A DNA stretch of 64,000 nucleotides. Source: Rickettsiales bacterium. Lineage in GTDB: Bacteria > Pseudomonadota > Alphaproteobacteria > Rickettsiales > UBA1997. The translations under genes and the position numbers were made by a program. A model generated the notes under the pieces. That model did no database searches. It saw only the letters and a list, made by a program, of their open reading frames with translations, and had not been told where the DNA came from. Each line of letters opens with the position of its first letter. The stretch's first letter is position 1. Below are positions 29,614 through 40,491 of this stretch, one piece after another. Location of the stretch: positions 794 to 64,793 of the forward strand of contig JBDOIV010000013.1 of NCBI GenBank assembly GCA_047404215.1, given 5' to 3'.

Positions 29614-31860
29614 ATGTCAAAAAAGAATATTGATTATTCAAACTTTTCTAGTTTGAAATTTCTTACTTCGCAGTTTAATATCTTGAAAAACGTTGCCGAT
29701 TTTTTTGAAAAGAATCTAGTCAACTTGGCGGCAAAAAACAAGATTTTTGATTTGTTGCTATTGAGGCCGCTAAGGTCACAAGAGGTGCTGTTCGACCCAA
29801 AAATTTATGATTTAAATAATGATGAGCTAGTAGTTTTAAAGCTTAAAATTCAGTCTCATGTTGAGCCTAGAACCAAAAGGCAGCCTTATAAGATTATTGC
29901 TTCAAATCCAACTGGATTTGTCAGTTTGGTATTTTTCAAAATTTACCCCAGTCAAAAAGAAAAATTAAAAGAAGGTGAGGAGGTGGCAGTTTTGGGTAAT
30001 TTTAGTAAAGCTGCTGGTGAGAACCAAATTATCCACCCACAAGAAATTGTAGCGATTAAAGATATCGATAAGTTGCCGGCTACTAACCTAATCTATCCTC
30101 TTAGCGGCGCTTTAACGCAAAGATTTGTTCGTGCTAAAATTAATGAAGTTTTAGGGTTTTTATTAAAGCGTTATGATGAAAAAAAGGCGCAGGAGAAAGA
30201 TTGGATTGACGAAAGTTTTATTAAGGAAAAGGGTTGGCCGCTATTTGTACCGGCTTTAACGGCGATTCACAATTACAACTTTGAATTTACCGAAAAGCAA
30301 AAAATATCGGCCTATAAAAGGTTAAAATATGACGAGTTATTATCATGGCAGTTGGCGATGAAATTGGTTAAAAACAAAGAGCAAAAAAATAAGAAAAAGC
30401 TACAAATTGCAACTGAACATGTCGATAAATTTGTTGTAAGCCTGCCATTTGCAGCTACTAATGCTCAAAAAAATGCAATTTTACAAATAAAAGAGGAGTT
30501 GGTATCCGACAAGAGAATGTTGCGCTTGTTGCAAGGTGATGTTGGTTCGGGCAAAACAATAGTGGCAATCTATGCTGCTTTACTTAATTTTTTTGCTGGC
30601 AAGCAGTCTTGTATTATCGTGCCAATAGCCATTCTAGCAGATCAACATTTTGCTTATTTTAAAAAATTAATTACTGAGTTTTGTGACTCTGAGGTCGGAA
30701 AAGTTTTCGTTGATCACTCTAAAGCTGCAAAAAGAGGGCCAAAAATAGAAATCTTAACTTCAAAAACTACCAAAAAGAAGAAGGAGGCTCTGTGCGCAAA
30801 GTTAAAAGAGGGTGAAATTGACATTTTAATTTCAACCCATGCGGTTTTACAAGAAGATGTTGAGTTTAAGAATCTCGGTCTGGCAGTAATTGACGAACAG
30901 CACCGTTTTGGTGTTATGCAGCGCTTAAGCTTAGTTGAGAAAGGTGAGGAGGTTGATGTGTTATTGATGAGTGCCACGCCAATTCCTAGGAGCTTGATGA
31001 TGGCGATTTATGGCGATACCGATATTTCGGTCTTGGATGAAAAGCCACAAAATCGACAAGATATTGAGACAGCAATCATTGCGCAGAAAAAATCAAATGA
31101 AGTTTTTGACGGCATCAAAAGAGCGTTATCTCGCAATGAAAAAGTTTATTGGATCTGCCCTTTGATTGAAGAAAATGAAGAGGAGCAAAAAAGTAAGGCT
31201 AAAGAAGAGTACCAAGAGGAGAGGCTGCTCAAGGCAGCTACCGATCGTCATCAAGAGCTTGTAGAAATTTTTGGCGAGAAAAAGGTAGCTTTAATTCACG
31301 GCAAAATGAAAAATGCCGAAAAAGATAAAGCTATGAAAAATTTTAAGGAGGCCTGCCTGGAAAAAGATGGCAAAGATGCTTTGCAGATTTTGGTCGCAAC
31401 AACGGTAGTTGAAGTTGGTGTTGATGTGCCGGATGCCACAGTAATTGTCATTGAAAATGCTGAGAATTTTGGCTTGTCGCAGCTGCACCAGCTTAGGGGT
31501 CGAGTCGGTAGGAGCGATAAAAAATCATATTGCATTTTGCTCTATGGTAAGAGATATGGTAAAGTCGCCCAGCAAAGATTGGCGATTATGCGTGATAGTA
31601 ATGATGGTTTTTATATTGCTGAAGAAGACTTAAAGCTCCGCGGCAGTGGCGAAATGCTCGGCACCAGGCAAAGCGGCATTGCTGAGCTTAAAATGGCTGA
31701 TTTAGTAGGAGATGTCGATCTTGTAAAAATTGCTAATTCTCAAGCGATCACAGTTTTAGATCATGATCCAAATTTAAGTAATTCAGATAGCGCTAAATAT
31801 CGAGCATTGCTGCAGTTGTTTGGTTACGATGACTGCCTAAGGCTAGTCGAAAGCGGCTAA
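29614..31860 (+). CDS. recG: ATP-dependent DNA helicase RecG
   Basis: RLLQGDVGSGKT, DEQHRFGV, MSATPIPR, QLHQLRGRVGR; ATG at 29614 preferred. Confidence 0.96.
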   Translation: MSKKNIDYSNFSSLKFLTSQFNILKNVADFFEKNLVNLAAKNKIFDLLLLRPLRSQEVLFDPKIYDLNNDELVVLKLKIQSHVEPRTKRQPYKIIASNPTGFVSLVFFKIYPSQKEKLKEGEEVAVLGNFSKAAGENQIIHPQEIVAIKDIDKLPATNLIYPLSGALTQRFVRAKINEVLGFLLKRYDEKKAQEKDWIDESFIKEKGWPLFVPALTAIHNYNFEFTEKQKISAYKRLKYDELLSWQLAMKLVKNKEQKNKKKLQIATEHVDKFVVSLPFAATNAQKNAILQIKEELVSDKRMLRLLQGDVGSGKTIVAIYAALLNFFAGKQSCIIVPIAILADQHFAYFKKLITEFCDSEVGKVFVDHSKAAKRGPKIEILTSKTTKKKKEALCAKLKEGEIDILISTHAVLQEDVEFKNLGLAVIDEQHRFGVMQRLSLVEKGEEVDVLLMSATPIPRSLMMAIYGDTDISVLDEKPQNRQDIETAIIAQKKSNEVFDGIKRALSRNEKVYWICPLIEENEEEQKSKAKEEYQEERLLKAATDRHQELVEIFGEKKVALIHGKMKNAEKDKAMKNFKEACLEKDGKDALQILVATTVVEVGVDVPDATVIVIENAENFGLSQLHQLRGRVGRSDKKSYCILLYGKRYGKVAQQRLAIMRDSNDGFYIAEEDLKLRGSGEMLGTRQSGIAELKMADLVGDVDLVKIANSQAITVLDHDPNLSNSDSAKYRALLQLFGYDDCLRLVESG

Positions 31861-31943
31861 TTTTATCACTAGAATAAATTTTAGCTTCGGACAGGTATTG
31901 TTTATACATGTCCTGCGCTAGAAATTCATCCTGTCAATAAAAT
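31859..31943. repeat. Palindromic element (copy 2) after recG
   Basis: Homologous to 29457-29542; a partial third start follows at about 31945-31964. Confidence 0.75.
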
Positions 31944-32065
31944 AAAATTTTATCACTAGAGTAATGTTTTTTACGGCCGAATTATCGGCCTCTCAGTCCA
32001 AGAATTTTTTATTTATTTTGGGATGGGGCCCCGTGGTAGACGATGGCTTTAAGTTTGTTATTACA

Positions 32066-32111
32066 ATTCCCCTTCTTTGAAGGGGTGGCAGGCGAAGCCT
32101 GACGGGGTAGC
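32066..32111. repeat. REP-like element AATTCCCCTTC-N4-GAAGGGGTGGC
   Basis: Near-identical reverse complement at 37518-37563; remnants at about 37449, 52074 and 53477. Confidence 0.75.
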
Positions 32112-32152
32112 TTTTGTTGTCACCAAGGTAGGTCTCAAAAGTAACCATCCTT

Positions 32153-32182
32153 CGTCATCGCGAGCGAAGCGCGACGATCCAT
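32153..32182. repeat. GTCAT-type REP/RPE-like element
   Basis: CGTCATCGCGAGCGAAGCGCGACGATCCA; relatives at 37088-37130, 37201-37240 and 37323-37360. Confidence 0.65.
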
Positions 32183-32255
32183 TGATAGGCTCTGGAATAA
32201 AAATAAATTAACATAACTTTTTAGGATTTTGTAATAATAAGCTAACAAAAACTTC

Positions 32256-32284
32256 TTGACTTCTTAAAAAATACACTGTATAAT
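32256..32284 (+). promoter_or_regulatory. Putative sigma70 promoter
   Basis: TTGACT-17 nt-TATAAT. Confidence 0.6.
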
Positions 32285-32388
32285 AGAATAGCAGATATTC
32301 CTTATGCTTTTGCTTTACCGTTTTACCCTGACTTACCGCGAAAAAAGATCTTTAGAAAGGCCTGGGTGCTTTATGGATATATTTATTA

Positions 32389-32417
32389 TTGCAAAATTTG
32401 TGGCGCAGGGGTATAAT
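32389..32417 (+). promoter_or_regulatory. Putative sigma70 promoter for tilS-holA
   Basis: TTGCAA-17 nt-TATAAT, 26 nt upstream of the tilS ATG. Confidence 0.55.
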
Positions 32418-32443
32418 TAATGTGATAATAGTTTTGTAAATAA

Positions 32444-33607
32444 ATGATTAAAGATTTTTTTGACAAATATATAAAAAAACCGACCGATAGAATTTTGGTG
32501 GCTGTGTCTGGTGGCGCTGATTCTGTGGCTTTAACTATGATCCTTAATGACTATTGCAGGCAAAATAATATCGAATTGAGGGCGGTAACGGTTGATCATG
32601 GTGTCCGCGAGGGCTCTGCCGATGAGGCTAAAGCTCTAAGCAAAATGCTGCGAGAAAAAGGAATAAGTCATGAAATCTTAACGATTGACGAAATACCGAC
32701 AAGGAATATTGAAGCGAATTTGAGAAGGGCTCGCTATGATTTATTATATAAATATTGTATTAAAAACCAGATTAAATATTGCTTTGTTGGTCATCACAAA
32801 GATGATTTGGCGGAGAATTTCTTGATTCGATTGTTTCGCGGTAGTCAGCTTGATGGCGTTTACCCGATGCAGCCAGTTTTTGATTTTAAGCAAGTTAAAA
32901 TTTGCCGACCGTTACTTGAAAATAGCAAGGAAGAGTTAACTTCTTACCTAAGAGAGCTTGATATTGCTTGGCTTGAAGATCAAAGTAACGAAGATACGAA
33001 ATTTACCCGCAATAAAATTAGAAAATTTTTAAGTGAATTTGAGGAAAAAGGCTTGATTGCCGACAGAATTGCGAAATTTGGCGCAGTTTTAAAAGATGCC
33101 AAGGAGTTCGAAGATGAGATTTGCCTGCAAGCGGCAGCTGAAATTTTGATGATAACTAATGATGGTGATTTTATTATTGATCTAGAAAGGTATCGAAAGT
33201 TACATGATAGAATTGCGCTGAAGATTTTAAGTTTAGTGTTGATTGAGGTTTCTGGTGACGTCTACAAGCCAAGGCTAGATGGGTTAGAGCGCTTTGAATC
33301 GGATATTTTGCGGCTGGAAAAGTCAAAAAAGCGTAACTTTTATGGCTGTTATGCTAAATTATTGACTAAAAGTAACTATGAAAAGGTTCTGCAGCAGCTT
33401 AGCGAACAGCAAAAAAGTCAAATTATCGCTGATCCAAATAGGTTCTTGCTGATTTATCCACAAAATGAGCTGGACAAAAGCAAAATTGAAGACTATAATG
33501 AGAAGTTCAAGCTGGTGGGCGGTAAGTTCCTGATTGGCCTGAGTGGAGAAGGGGAATTTTATTTTAGAACGATTTTAAAGAAGCTTTTTTATGAAAATAG
33601 CAAATAA
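32444..33607 (+). CDS. tilS: tRNA(Ile)-lysidine synthetase
   Basis: VAVSGGADS, TVDHG, RRARY, GHHKDD, RPLL, RNKIR. Confidence 0.95.
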   Translation: MIKDFFDKYIKKPTDRILVAVSGGADSVALTMILNDYCRQNNIELRAVTVDHGVREGSADEAKALSKMLREKGISHEILTIDEIPTRNIEANLRRARYDLLYKYCIKNQIKYCFVGHHKDDLAENFLIRLFRGSQLDGVYPMQPVFDFKQVKICRPLLENSKEELTSYLRELDIAWLEDQSNEDTKFTRNKIRKFLSEFEEKGLIADRIAKFGAVLKDAKEFEDEICLQAAAEILMITNDGDFIIDLERYRKLHDRIALKILSLVLIEVSGDVYKPRLDGLERFESDILRLEKSKKRNFYGCYAKLLTKSNYEKVLQQLSEQQKSQIIADPNRFLLIYPQNELDKSKIEDYNEKFKLVGGKFLIGLSGEGEFYFRTILKKLFYENSK

Positions 33608-34610
33608 TGCCATCGATAAATATGTAAAAAATATCGCTGATGAAAAGATCGTAGGGGCGGTGGTTTTCGGTAAGGATATTAGCGTAATCAAGAGTCGCGT
33701 TGGCGCTATTGCAAAGGCAATTGTCAGTGATTTATCTGATCAATTTTTGGTCTGCGACTTGTCAAAAGAGCGTCTTAGCAAAGATAAGGGTTGTTTGGCG
33801 GACGAATTTTATGCTTTTTCGATGTTTGGTGGTCGTAAATTGATTACTATTAAAGATTGCGATGTGCAGGCTGGCGCTGCCTTAAAAGAGTTGCTAAAAG
33901 ATGGTGAAAATGTGCAAAAAAGCGATAATTTTATCTTAATTCAAGCTGGCGATTTAGACGCCGGTAATTCTTTAAGAAAAGCGGCGCAAAATAGTGAATT
34001 TATTGCTGCCATTCCATGTTATGAAGATAGTGATGAGGTAACTAGAAGGTTGATTATGCAATTGCTAAAAAGACATAATATTGCCGCTAGTCACCAGCAA
34101 CTTGATTTGCTGCAGTCTTTACTGGGTAAAAATAGACAAATTATTGCTTCAGAAATAGATAAATTGGCAACTTTTTTAGACGGTAAAGAGTTATCTGATG
34201 AGGCGATAGACGCTATTATTAATTCGCAAAGTGAAATAGATTCTGAACAATTTATTGATAATTTTGTATTTTCAAATTTTGCACAAGCAGCAAAAGACAT
34301 TGAAGCCTTGATCGCCAATGGCTCAGAGCCAATAATGATCACAAGATTTTTATCAAATTATGTGCAAAAGCTATATAATGCTAAAATGCTTATTGATAGT
34401 AAAAAGGCATCTTTTGAGGAGGCTGTTAAAATGCAGAGGTTGTTTTTTAAAGTAGAATATACATTTAAAAGTCATTTAAGAAAGGTGAATTTAAAATTAT
34501 TGGCAAACTGGTTAATAGAAATAGAAAAATTAGAAACCTCTTTAAAGTCTGTTAACAAGGGCTCTAAAGAGTTAGTGTTTTTTACTTTCTTACAAAAATG
34601 TTTAAAATAA
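33591..34610 (+). CDS. holA: DNA polymerase III delta subunit
   Basis: SMFGGRK, IPCYED, EIDKL; typical alphaproteobacterial HolA size. Confidence 0.85.
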   Translation: MKIANNAIDKYVKNIADEKIVGAVVFGKDISVIKSRVGAIAKAIVSDLSDQFLVCDLSKERLSKDKGCLADEFYAFSMFGGRKLITIKDCDVQAGAALKELLKDGENVQKSDNFILIQAGDLDAGNSLRKAAQNSEFIAAIPCYEDSDEVTRRLIMQLLKRHNIAASHQQLDLLQSLLGKNRQIIASEIDKLATFLDGKELSDEAIDAIINSQSEIDSEQFIDNFVFSNFAQAAKDIEALIANGSEPIMITRFLSNYVQKLYNAKMLIDSKKASFEEAVKMQRLFFKVEYTFKSHLRKVNLKLLANWLIEIEKLETSLKSVNKGSKELVFFTFLQKCLK

Positions 34611-34630
34611 ATATTTTTTATAAAAAGTTC

Positions 34631-34659
34631 TTGACAATAAAATATACTTGTCCTATAAT
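34631..34659 (+). promoter_or_regulatory. rRNA promoter
   Basis: Perfect TTGACA-17 nt-TATAAT upstream of the 16S gene. Confidence 0.8.
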
Positions 34660-34817
34660 TGAATCTCACCCAAATTAAGTAGAATCATTTTTGATTAACT
34701 TTTTGGGATTGCAATTTTTATTGTAAGTTGTTTTTACATTGTGAATATTTAGAAAATTACTATATATTATTAATTAGTTATTTATAACTATAATATAATA
34801 ATATACTTTTATGCATT

Positions 34818-34847
34818 TAAAGAGGTAAATATAAAGGCGATAGTCGT
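34818..34847 (+). other. 5' arm of the 16S processing stem (pairs with 36471-36499)
   Basis: ATAAAGGCGATAGTCG is complementary to CGACTATCGCCTTTAT after the 16S 3' end. Confidence 0.8.
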
Positions 34848-34927
34848 GTTAGACTATCTCTTATTTTTATTGAATCTTTAATTGGTCCAGTTTAATGAGA
34901 GTTTAATTTAGTCGTTTCAAATTTTCA

Positions 34928-36426
<1,499 letters not shown>

Positions 36427-36499
36427 AAGGAAAGAAAATGTCTTCGGACTATTTTTCCATTATAATATTTGCGACTATCGCCTTTATTTTTAACTCTTT

Positions 36500-37565
36500 G
36501 CTAAAAGAATTTTCTAAATTTCACTTTCTATCTCCATTTTTCTTCGATATAATTCATTTTTTTAATCTTGTCTTGCTCACGCACCTGATGTAAGCTGCGC
36601 TACTCATCTAAAAATAAATAAATTATCTCTTTGAAAAATTTTGATAAAGAGTTTCTTCATTTTTCTTCGATATAATTCATTTTAAACTTCAATTTCCTTT
36701 GATATTAATTTGTTTTTGCTCTTGGTTGCGCTCCGCACGTATTTTAGATACGCTTACGGTGCTTGAAAATCAAAGAACAAACAAATCTCTGTGAAAATTT
36801 TTGTTTAAATCTGTGTTAAATTAAAATAATTTTCTAAATTTCACTTTTTTGTCATTGAAGGGGCTTGCAAAATCTGTTAGGGCTTGTTGCTGAAGAGTTC
36901 CTTTGCGATGTAGATGAATGAGATTCATCGTAAACAGGTTGTAGTATTTTTGCCGCGCAACTGTGCGCGGTCCCTACCCCCAAAGGGGCTGGTCCCCAAG
37001 CAACTGATAGTTTTCACCTACCAATAGCTATTAGCGACGATCCTATGTGTCTCCGTCATTACGATTAATAGGTGCAGTTACCTTCTCCCGTCATTGCGAG
37101 TAATAGGCGCGGTTATTAGGCGGCAATCCATTTACTTTTCCGGCGAAACGATTCGCCACCCTGCAAGCGGGGAGCCAAGCAAATTGATAGTTTAAAAAGA
37201 CGTCACCCGTGAGGATCTTAGGCGACGTGACAATCTATTCCAACATAACAATGGATAGCCACGCTACGCCCGTGATGACGGGGGTTAGGGGGCTCTTGTG
37301 ATGATGGTGATATCTGCTTTCTTCGCCACCCGCAATGAGTAGTAGAGGCGCGACAATCCATTTATTCTTCCGGCGAAACGATTCGCCACCCTGCAAGCGG
37401 GGACCCCAAGTAACTGATAGAATAGAGTTTTGCTATTGAAGGAGTCTAAATTCTCCTCTGTTAAAAAGGGTGACCCGAAGGGTTAGAGTGTGTTTAACAT
37501 TCACTGCGAAGTATAGCTAACCCGTCAAGCTGCGCTTGCCACCCCTTCATGGAAGGGGAATTTAT
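36500..37565. repeat. Cluster of RPE/REP-like palindromic elements
   Basis: Direct repeats (CATTTTTCTTCGATATAATTCATTTT x2, AATTTTCTAAATTTCACTTT x2, a 67-bp repeat at 37124-37190 and 37354-37420), GTCAT-type REPs and a CCCCTTC-type REP pair; no credible ORF. Confidence 0.8.
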
Positions 37566-37582
37566 CCGAATTCTTAAGCTAA

Positions 37583-39064
37583 TTATCCAAAATCTTTCAT
37601 TGTTTCAATTTCCTCGTGAATTGTTAGGGCGGCACATTGGTATAGTGGAGCATCGTAGTAAAAAGACCCTTCTCTTTTTGAAAATAACAAAAGTCGATGA
37701 TTGTCATCATCGTAATGACCAGGAATGGTTCTATATAATTCAAGGGCAATTAATTCATCATATAGCTCGTTAGGTATCCCGCCATATATTTTTACGCAAG
37801 ATAAGGCAAATGTATTATGCTTTCCTAGCTTTTTATTTATAATTTCTTCAATTGAAGCGGTGTTATATTTCTCTCTTGAGGAGAGGGTGTTGATGACTTT
37901 ATTGTAATCGGTGCTATTTTTTAATTTTAAAGCAATTAAAAATGCTGCAATTTCCAATTCGGCGTCATTTCTAATATAGCTGTTAATTTGATTATGAATA
38001 TACCAGCGTTTTAGATTTTTAATAAAGAGATTGATTTGCCTTAGTGGCAAGTTGAAAGATTCTAAGATTCTGCTAACGAGATAATGAGGATTGCTAAATG
38101 TATTTTTATGGCAATTCCTTAATTCAGGAATTATATTGTGTAATTGTATTGTGATATATAATATATCTTTGTCTTCGAGGGGTTTTTTCATTCCTATATC
38201 AAATATTGGTCTAAGATTTGCAATATGATAGTTTGGGCAGCGAACTTTTTTTATCTTATCCCACACTGACTGTAAATTATAGCTAGCTTTGATAAATTTT
38301 GCGTACCAACCATCAAATCGATCATTATTAACACCATAAATTTTTTCAACATAGGATCGAAGTTGACTTTGATCAATGGCGATAATAAAAACTAAACCTT
38401 CAACGCAAAAGAAATGGTGGATGGTTTCTAAGAATTTGACGGCATATTTCGGGCTGCAACGATCAAGCTCATCAACCAAAATGTAAGTTGGCTTTTTAGT
38501 TTCTGATTTTTTATTTTTCTGTTTAACATATTTCTCCAGCGATTCCTTTACATCTGCAAGAGATGATCTTAGGGATCGAAAATTTTCGAAAATCTTTGTA
38601 TCTGATCCTTCAGCAATTGCATCAAAACCGGCGTTAGGGGCTCCTGCTAGTGTTGCATTTCCGGCGAAAACTGCAAATTTACCACATTTGTTAATTAATT
38701 TACCACATTTGTTAATTGTGCTAATTGTCTTATCCCATTTTTTACTAGAGCTTTTCTTCTTTAAGTTTTCAAAATACTCGTAAAATCCATAACAAATTGA
38801 AAGAAGTGGGTCGTTGGCAAAAGAATCGCGCCAAGCGTTAATTTTTAGTACTCGATCTGAATGATTTTTTTCTATTTCTTTTTCAAATAACTCTAAAAAC
38901 TTAGTTTTGCCACTACCATATTCACCATTAATGGCAAAAACATAAGAATCATCATCTTCATCGGCATATTCGCCTTCGATAACTTTAATTATTGACTCGA
39001 TTTCTTCGGTGCGACTCATTAAATCTTCAAAAGAGGTCGATTCTTGATTTTCTTCGTCGTTCAT
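37583..39064 (-). CDS. KAP family P-loop NTPase
   Basis: FAINGEYGSGKT (Walker A), INAW, YILVDELDRCSP (Walker B), FLETIHHFF, FIIAID. Confidence 0.9.
   Translation of the reverse strand: MNDEENQESTSFEDLMSRTEEIESIIKVIEGEYADEDDDSYVFAINGEYGSGKTKFLELFEKEIEKNHSDRVLKINAWRDSFANDPLLSICYGFYEYFENLKKKSSSKKWDKTISTINKCGKLINKCGKFAVFAGNATLAGAPNAGFDAIAEGSDTKIFENFRSLRSSLADVKESLEKYVKQKNKKSETKKPTYILVDELDRCSPKYAVKFLETIHHFFCVEGLVFIIAIDQSQLRSYVEKIYGVNNDRFDGWYAKFIKASYNLQSVWDKIKKVRCPNYHIANLRPIFDIGMKKPLEDKDILYITIQLHNIIPELRNCHKNTFSNPHYLVSRILESFNLPLRQINLFIKNLKRWYIHNQINSYIRNDAELEIAAFLIALKLKNSTDYNKVINTLSSREKYNTASIEEIINKKLGKHNTFALSCVKIYGGIPNELYDELIALELYRTIPGHYDDDNHRLLLFSKREGSFYYDAPLYQCAALTIHEEIETMKDFG
38676..38717. repeat. 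Perfect 21-bp in-frame tandem duplication in the KAP gene
   Basis: AATTTACCACATTTGTTAATT x2 (INKCGKL/INKCGKF). Confidence 0.9.
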
Positions 39065-39078
39065 TGTTGATTTATTTG

Positions 39079-40491
39079 CTATGAAGTTGCTTTTCCAATC
39101 CTAGCCAAAACCTGATCTTTACCTAGGGCAGCAACAACATCAAAAATGCCACCAGCAGAAGCGTTAGAATAAGTCAAGGCAAGGCGCAGAGCGGGGCCAA
39201 AGTCCTTAATCTTGATATTATTATCTTTAGCAAATGCCATGAGTGAGTTTTTGACCTCTTCAAGATTCCACTGCTCAAGATTTGACAGATTATCACTAAT
39301 TTGCGTTAGTAAATCTTTTTTGGTAGCTAGTAATTCTTGTTGTTTTTCATCAAAATTTGCCCCAGCATCGTCAAAATAACAGTCACAAGATCGCGCAATC
39401 TCAATTAATGTCGCTGGTTTTTCTTTGAGATACTCAAGGGCTAAAATTAGTCTTTTTTCCTCCTCTTGATTTGGTTTTTGAGTTAAGAAGTGAGAAATTT
39501 CAGCTAAAAGATCGACGTTTGTAAGCTCTTTAATGTAATGCTTGTTCAAAAAGCCTAGCTTGTCAAAGTCAAAACGAGCCGGCGATTTGCCAAGGCCATT
39601 TAAGTTGAAGATGTTAATTGCCTGATCATCATTGATAATTTCTTTGTCACCATCAGAAAAACCTAGGCGCAGCAAATAATTACGCATGGCCACTGGCAAA
39701 TATCCTAATTCTTTATATTCAATTACTGAAGTAGCACCGTGACGTTTTGACATTTTAGCGCCATCAGGGCCATGAATCAAAGGAATGTGAATAAACTCAG
39801 GACATTCCCAGTCCAAAGCTTGATATATTAGTTTTTGTTTGTAGCTATTAGTTAAATGATCATCGCCTCTTAAAATATGAGAAATTCGCCAATCGTGATC
39901 ATCAATTACTACTGAAGGCATATAAGTTGGAGTGCCATCAGCTCTAAGTAGCACTAAATCGTCAATTTCATCAGAGTTTATTGTTAACTGCCCATGAACG
40001 GCATCATTAATAGTGATTTCTTGGTTTTTCGGTGTCTTGAGGCGAATAACAAACTCTTCATTTTCAGCTTTTTTAAGGGACTCTTCTTTGTTTAGTTCTC
40101 GAAATGGTGACTGAAAGCGAAAAACTTTACCTTCTTTTTCAGCTGCAGCGCGCAAGTTTTGCAACTCTTCGGCGCTAGTGAAGCAGCGATAAGCGGTATC
40201 ATTGTCTAGCATTGAGTTGATGACTTCAAAGTGACGATGATGGTGATTTGATTGAAACACATCCTCTTCATCTCTTTTTAAGCCGAGCCACTCAAGACCT
40301 TGTAGGATGGCATCGATAGCCTCTTTGGTTGATCTCTTTTTGTCGGTATCTTCAACTCTGAGCAAGAATTTTCCACCCTTATTTTTGGCAAATAAATAGT
40401 TAAATAGAGCGGTCCTAGCGCCGCCAATATGCAGAAAACCTGTTGGTGAAGGAGCAAATCTAACCCTGATATCTTTTTTTGTCATACTCAT
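39079..40491 (-). CDS. gltX: Glutamate--tRNA ligase
   Basis: RFAPSPTGFLHIGGART, RGDDHL, KMSKR; start moved to the ATG at 40491. Confidence 0.97.
   Translation of the reverse strand: MSMTKKDIRVRFAPSPTGFLHIGGARTALFNYLFAKNKGGKFLLRVEDTDKKRSTKEAIDAILQGLEWLGLKRDEEDVFQSNHHHRHFEVINSMLDNDTAYRCFTSAEELQNLRAAAEKEGKVFRFQSPFRELNKEESLKKAENEEFVIRLKTPKNQEITINDAVHGQLTINSDEIDDLVLLRADGTPTYMPSVVIDDHDWRISHILRGDDHLTNSYKQKLIYQALDWECPEFIHIPLIHGPDGAKMSKRHGATSVIEYKELGYLPVAMRNYLLRLGFSDGDKEIINDDQAINIFNLNGLGKSPARFDFDKLGFLNKHYIKELTNVDLLAEISHFLTQKPNQEEEKRLILALEYLKEKPATLIEIARSCDCYFDDAGANFDEKQQELLATKKDLLTQISDNLSNLEQWNLEEVKNSLMAFAKDNNIKIKDFGPALRLALTYSNASAGGIFDVVAALGKDQVLARIGKATS

Noticed and set aside
29458-32440. tmRNA near smpB
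   Set aside because: No tRNA-like ends or tag reading frame recognised in the adjacent spacers
36500-37565. Possible CRISPR array or tRNA-Ile/Ala spacer
   Set aside because: Repeats are irregular in length and spacing, no cas genes are nearby, and no tRNA cloverleaf was found
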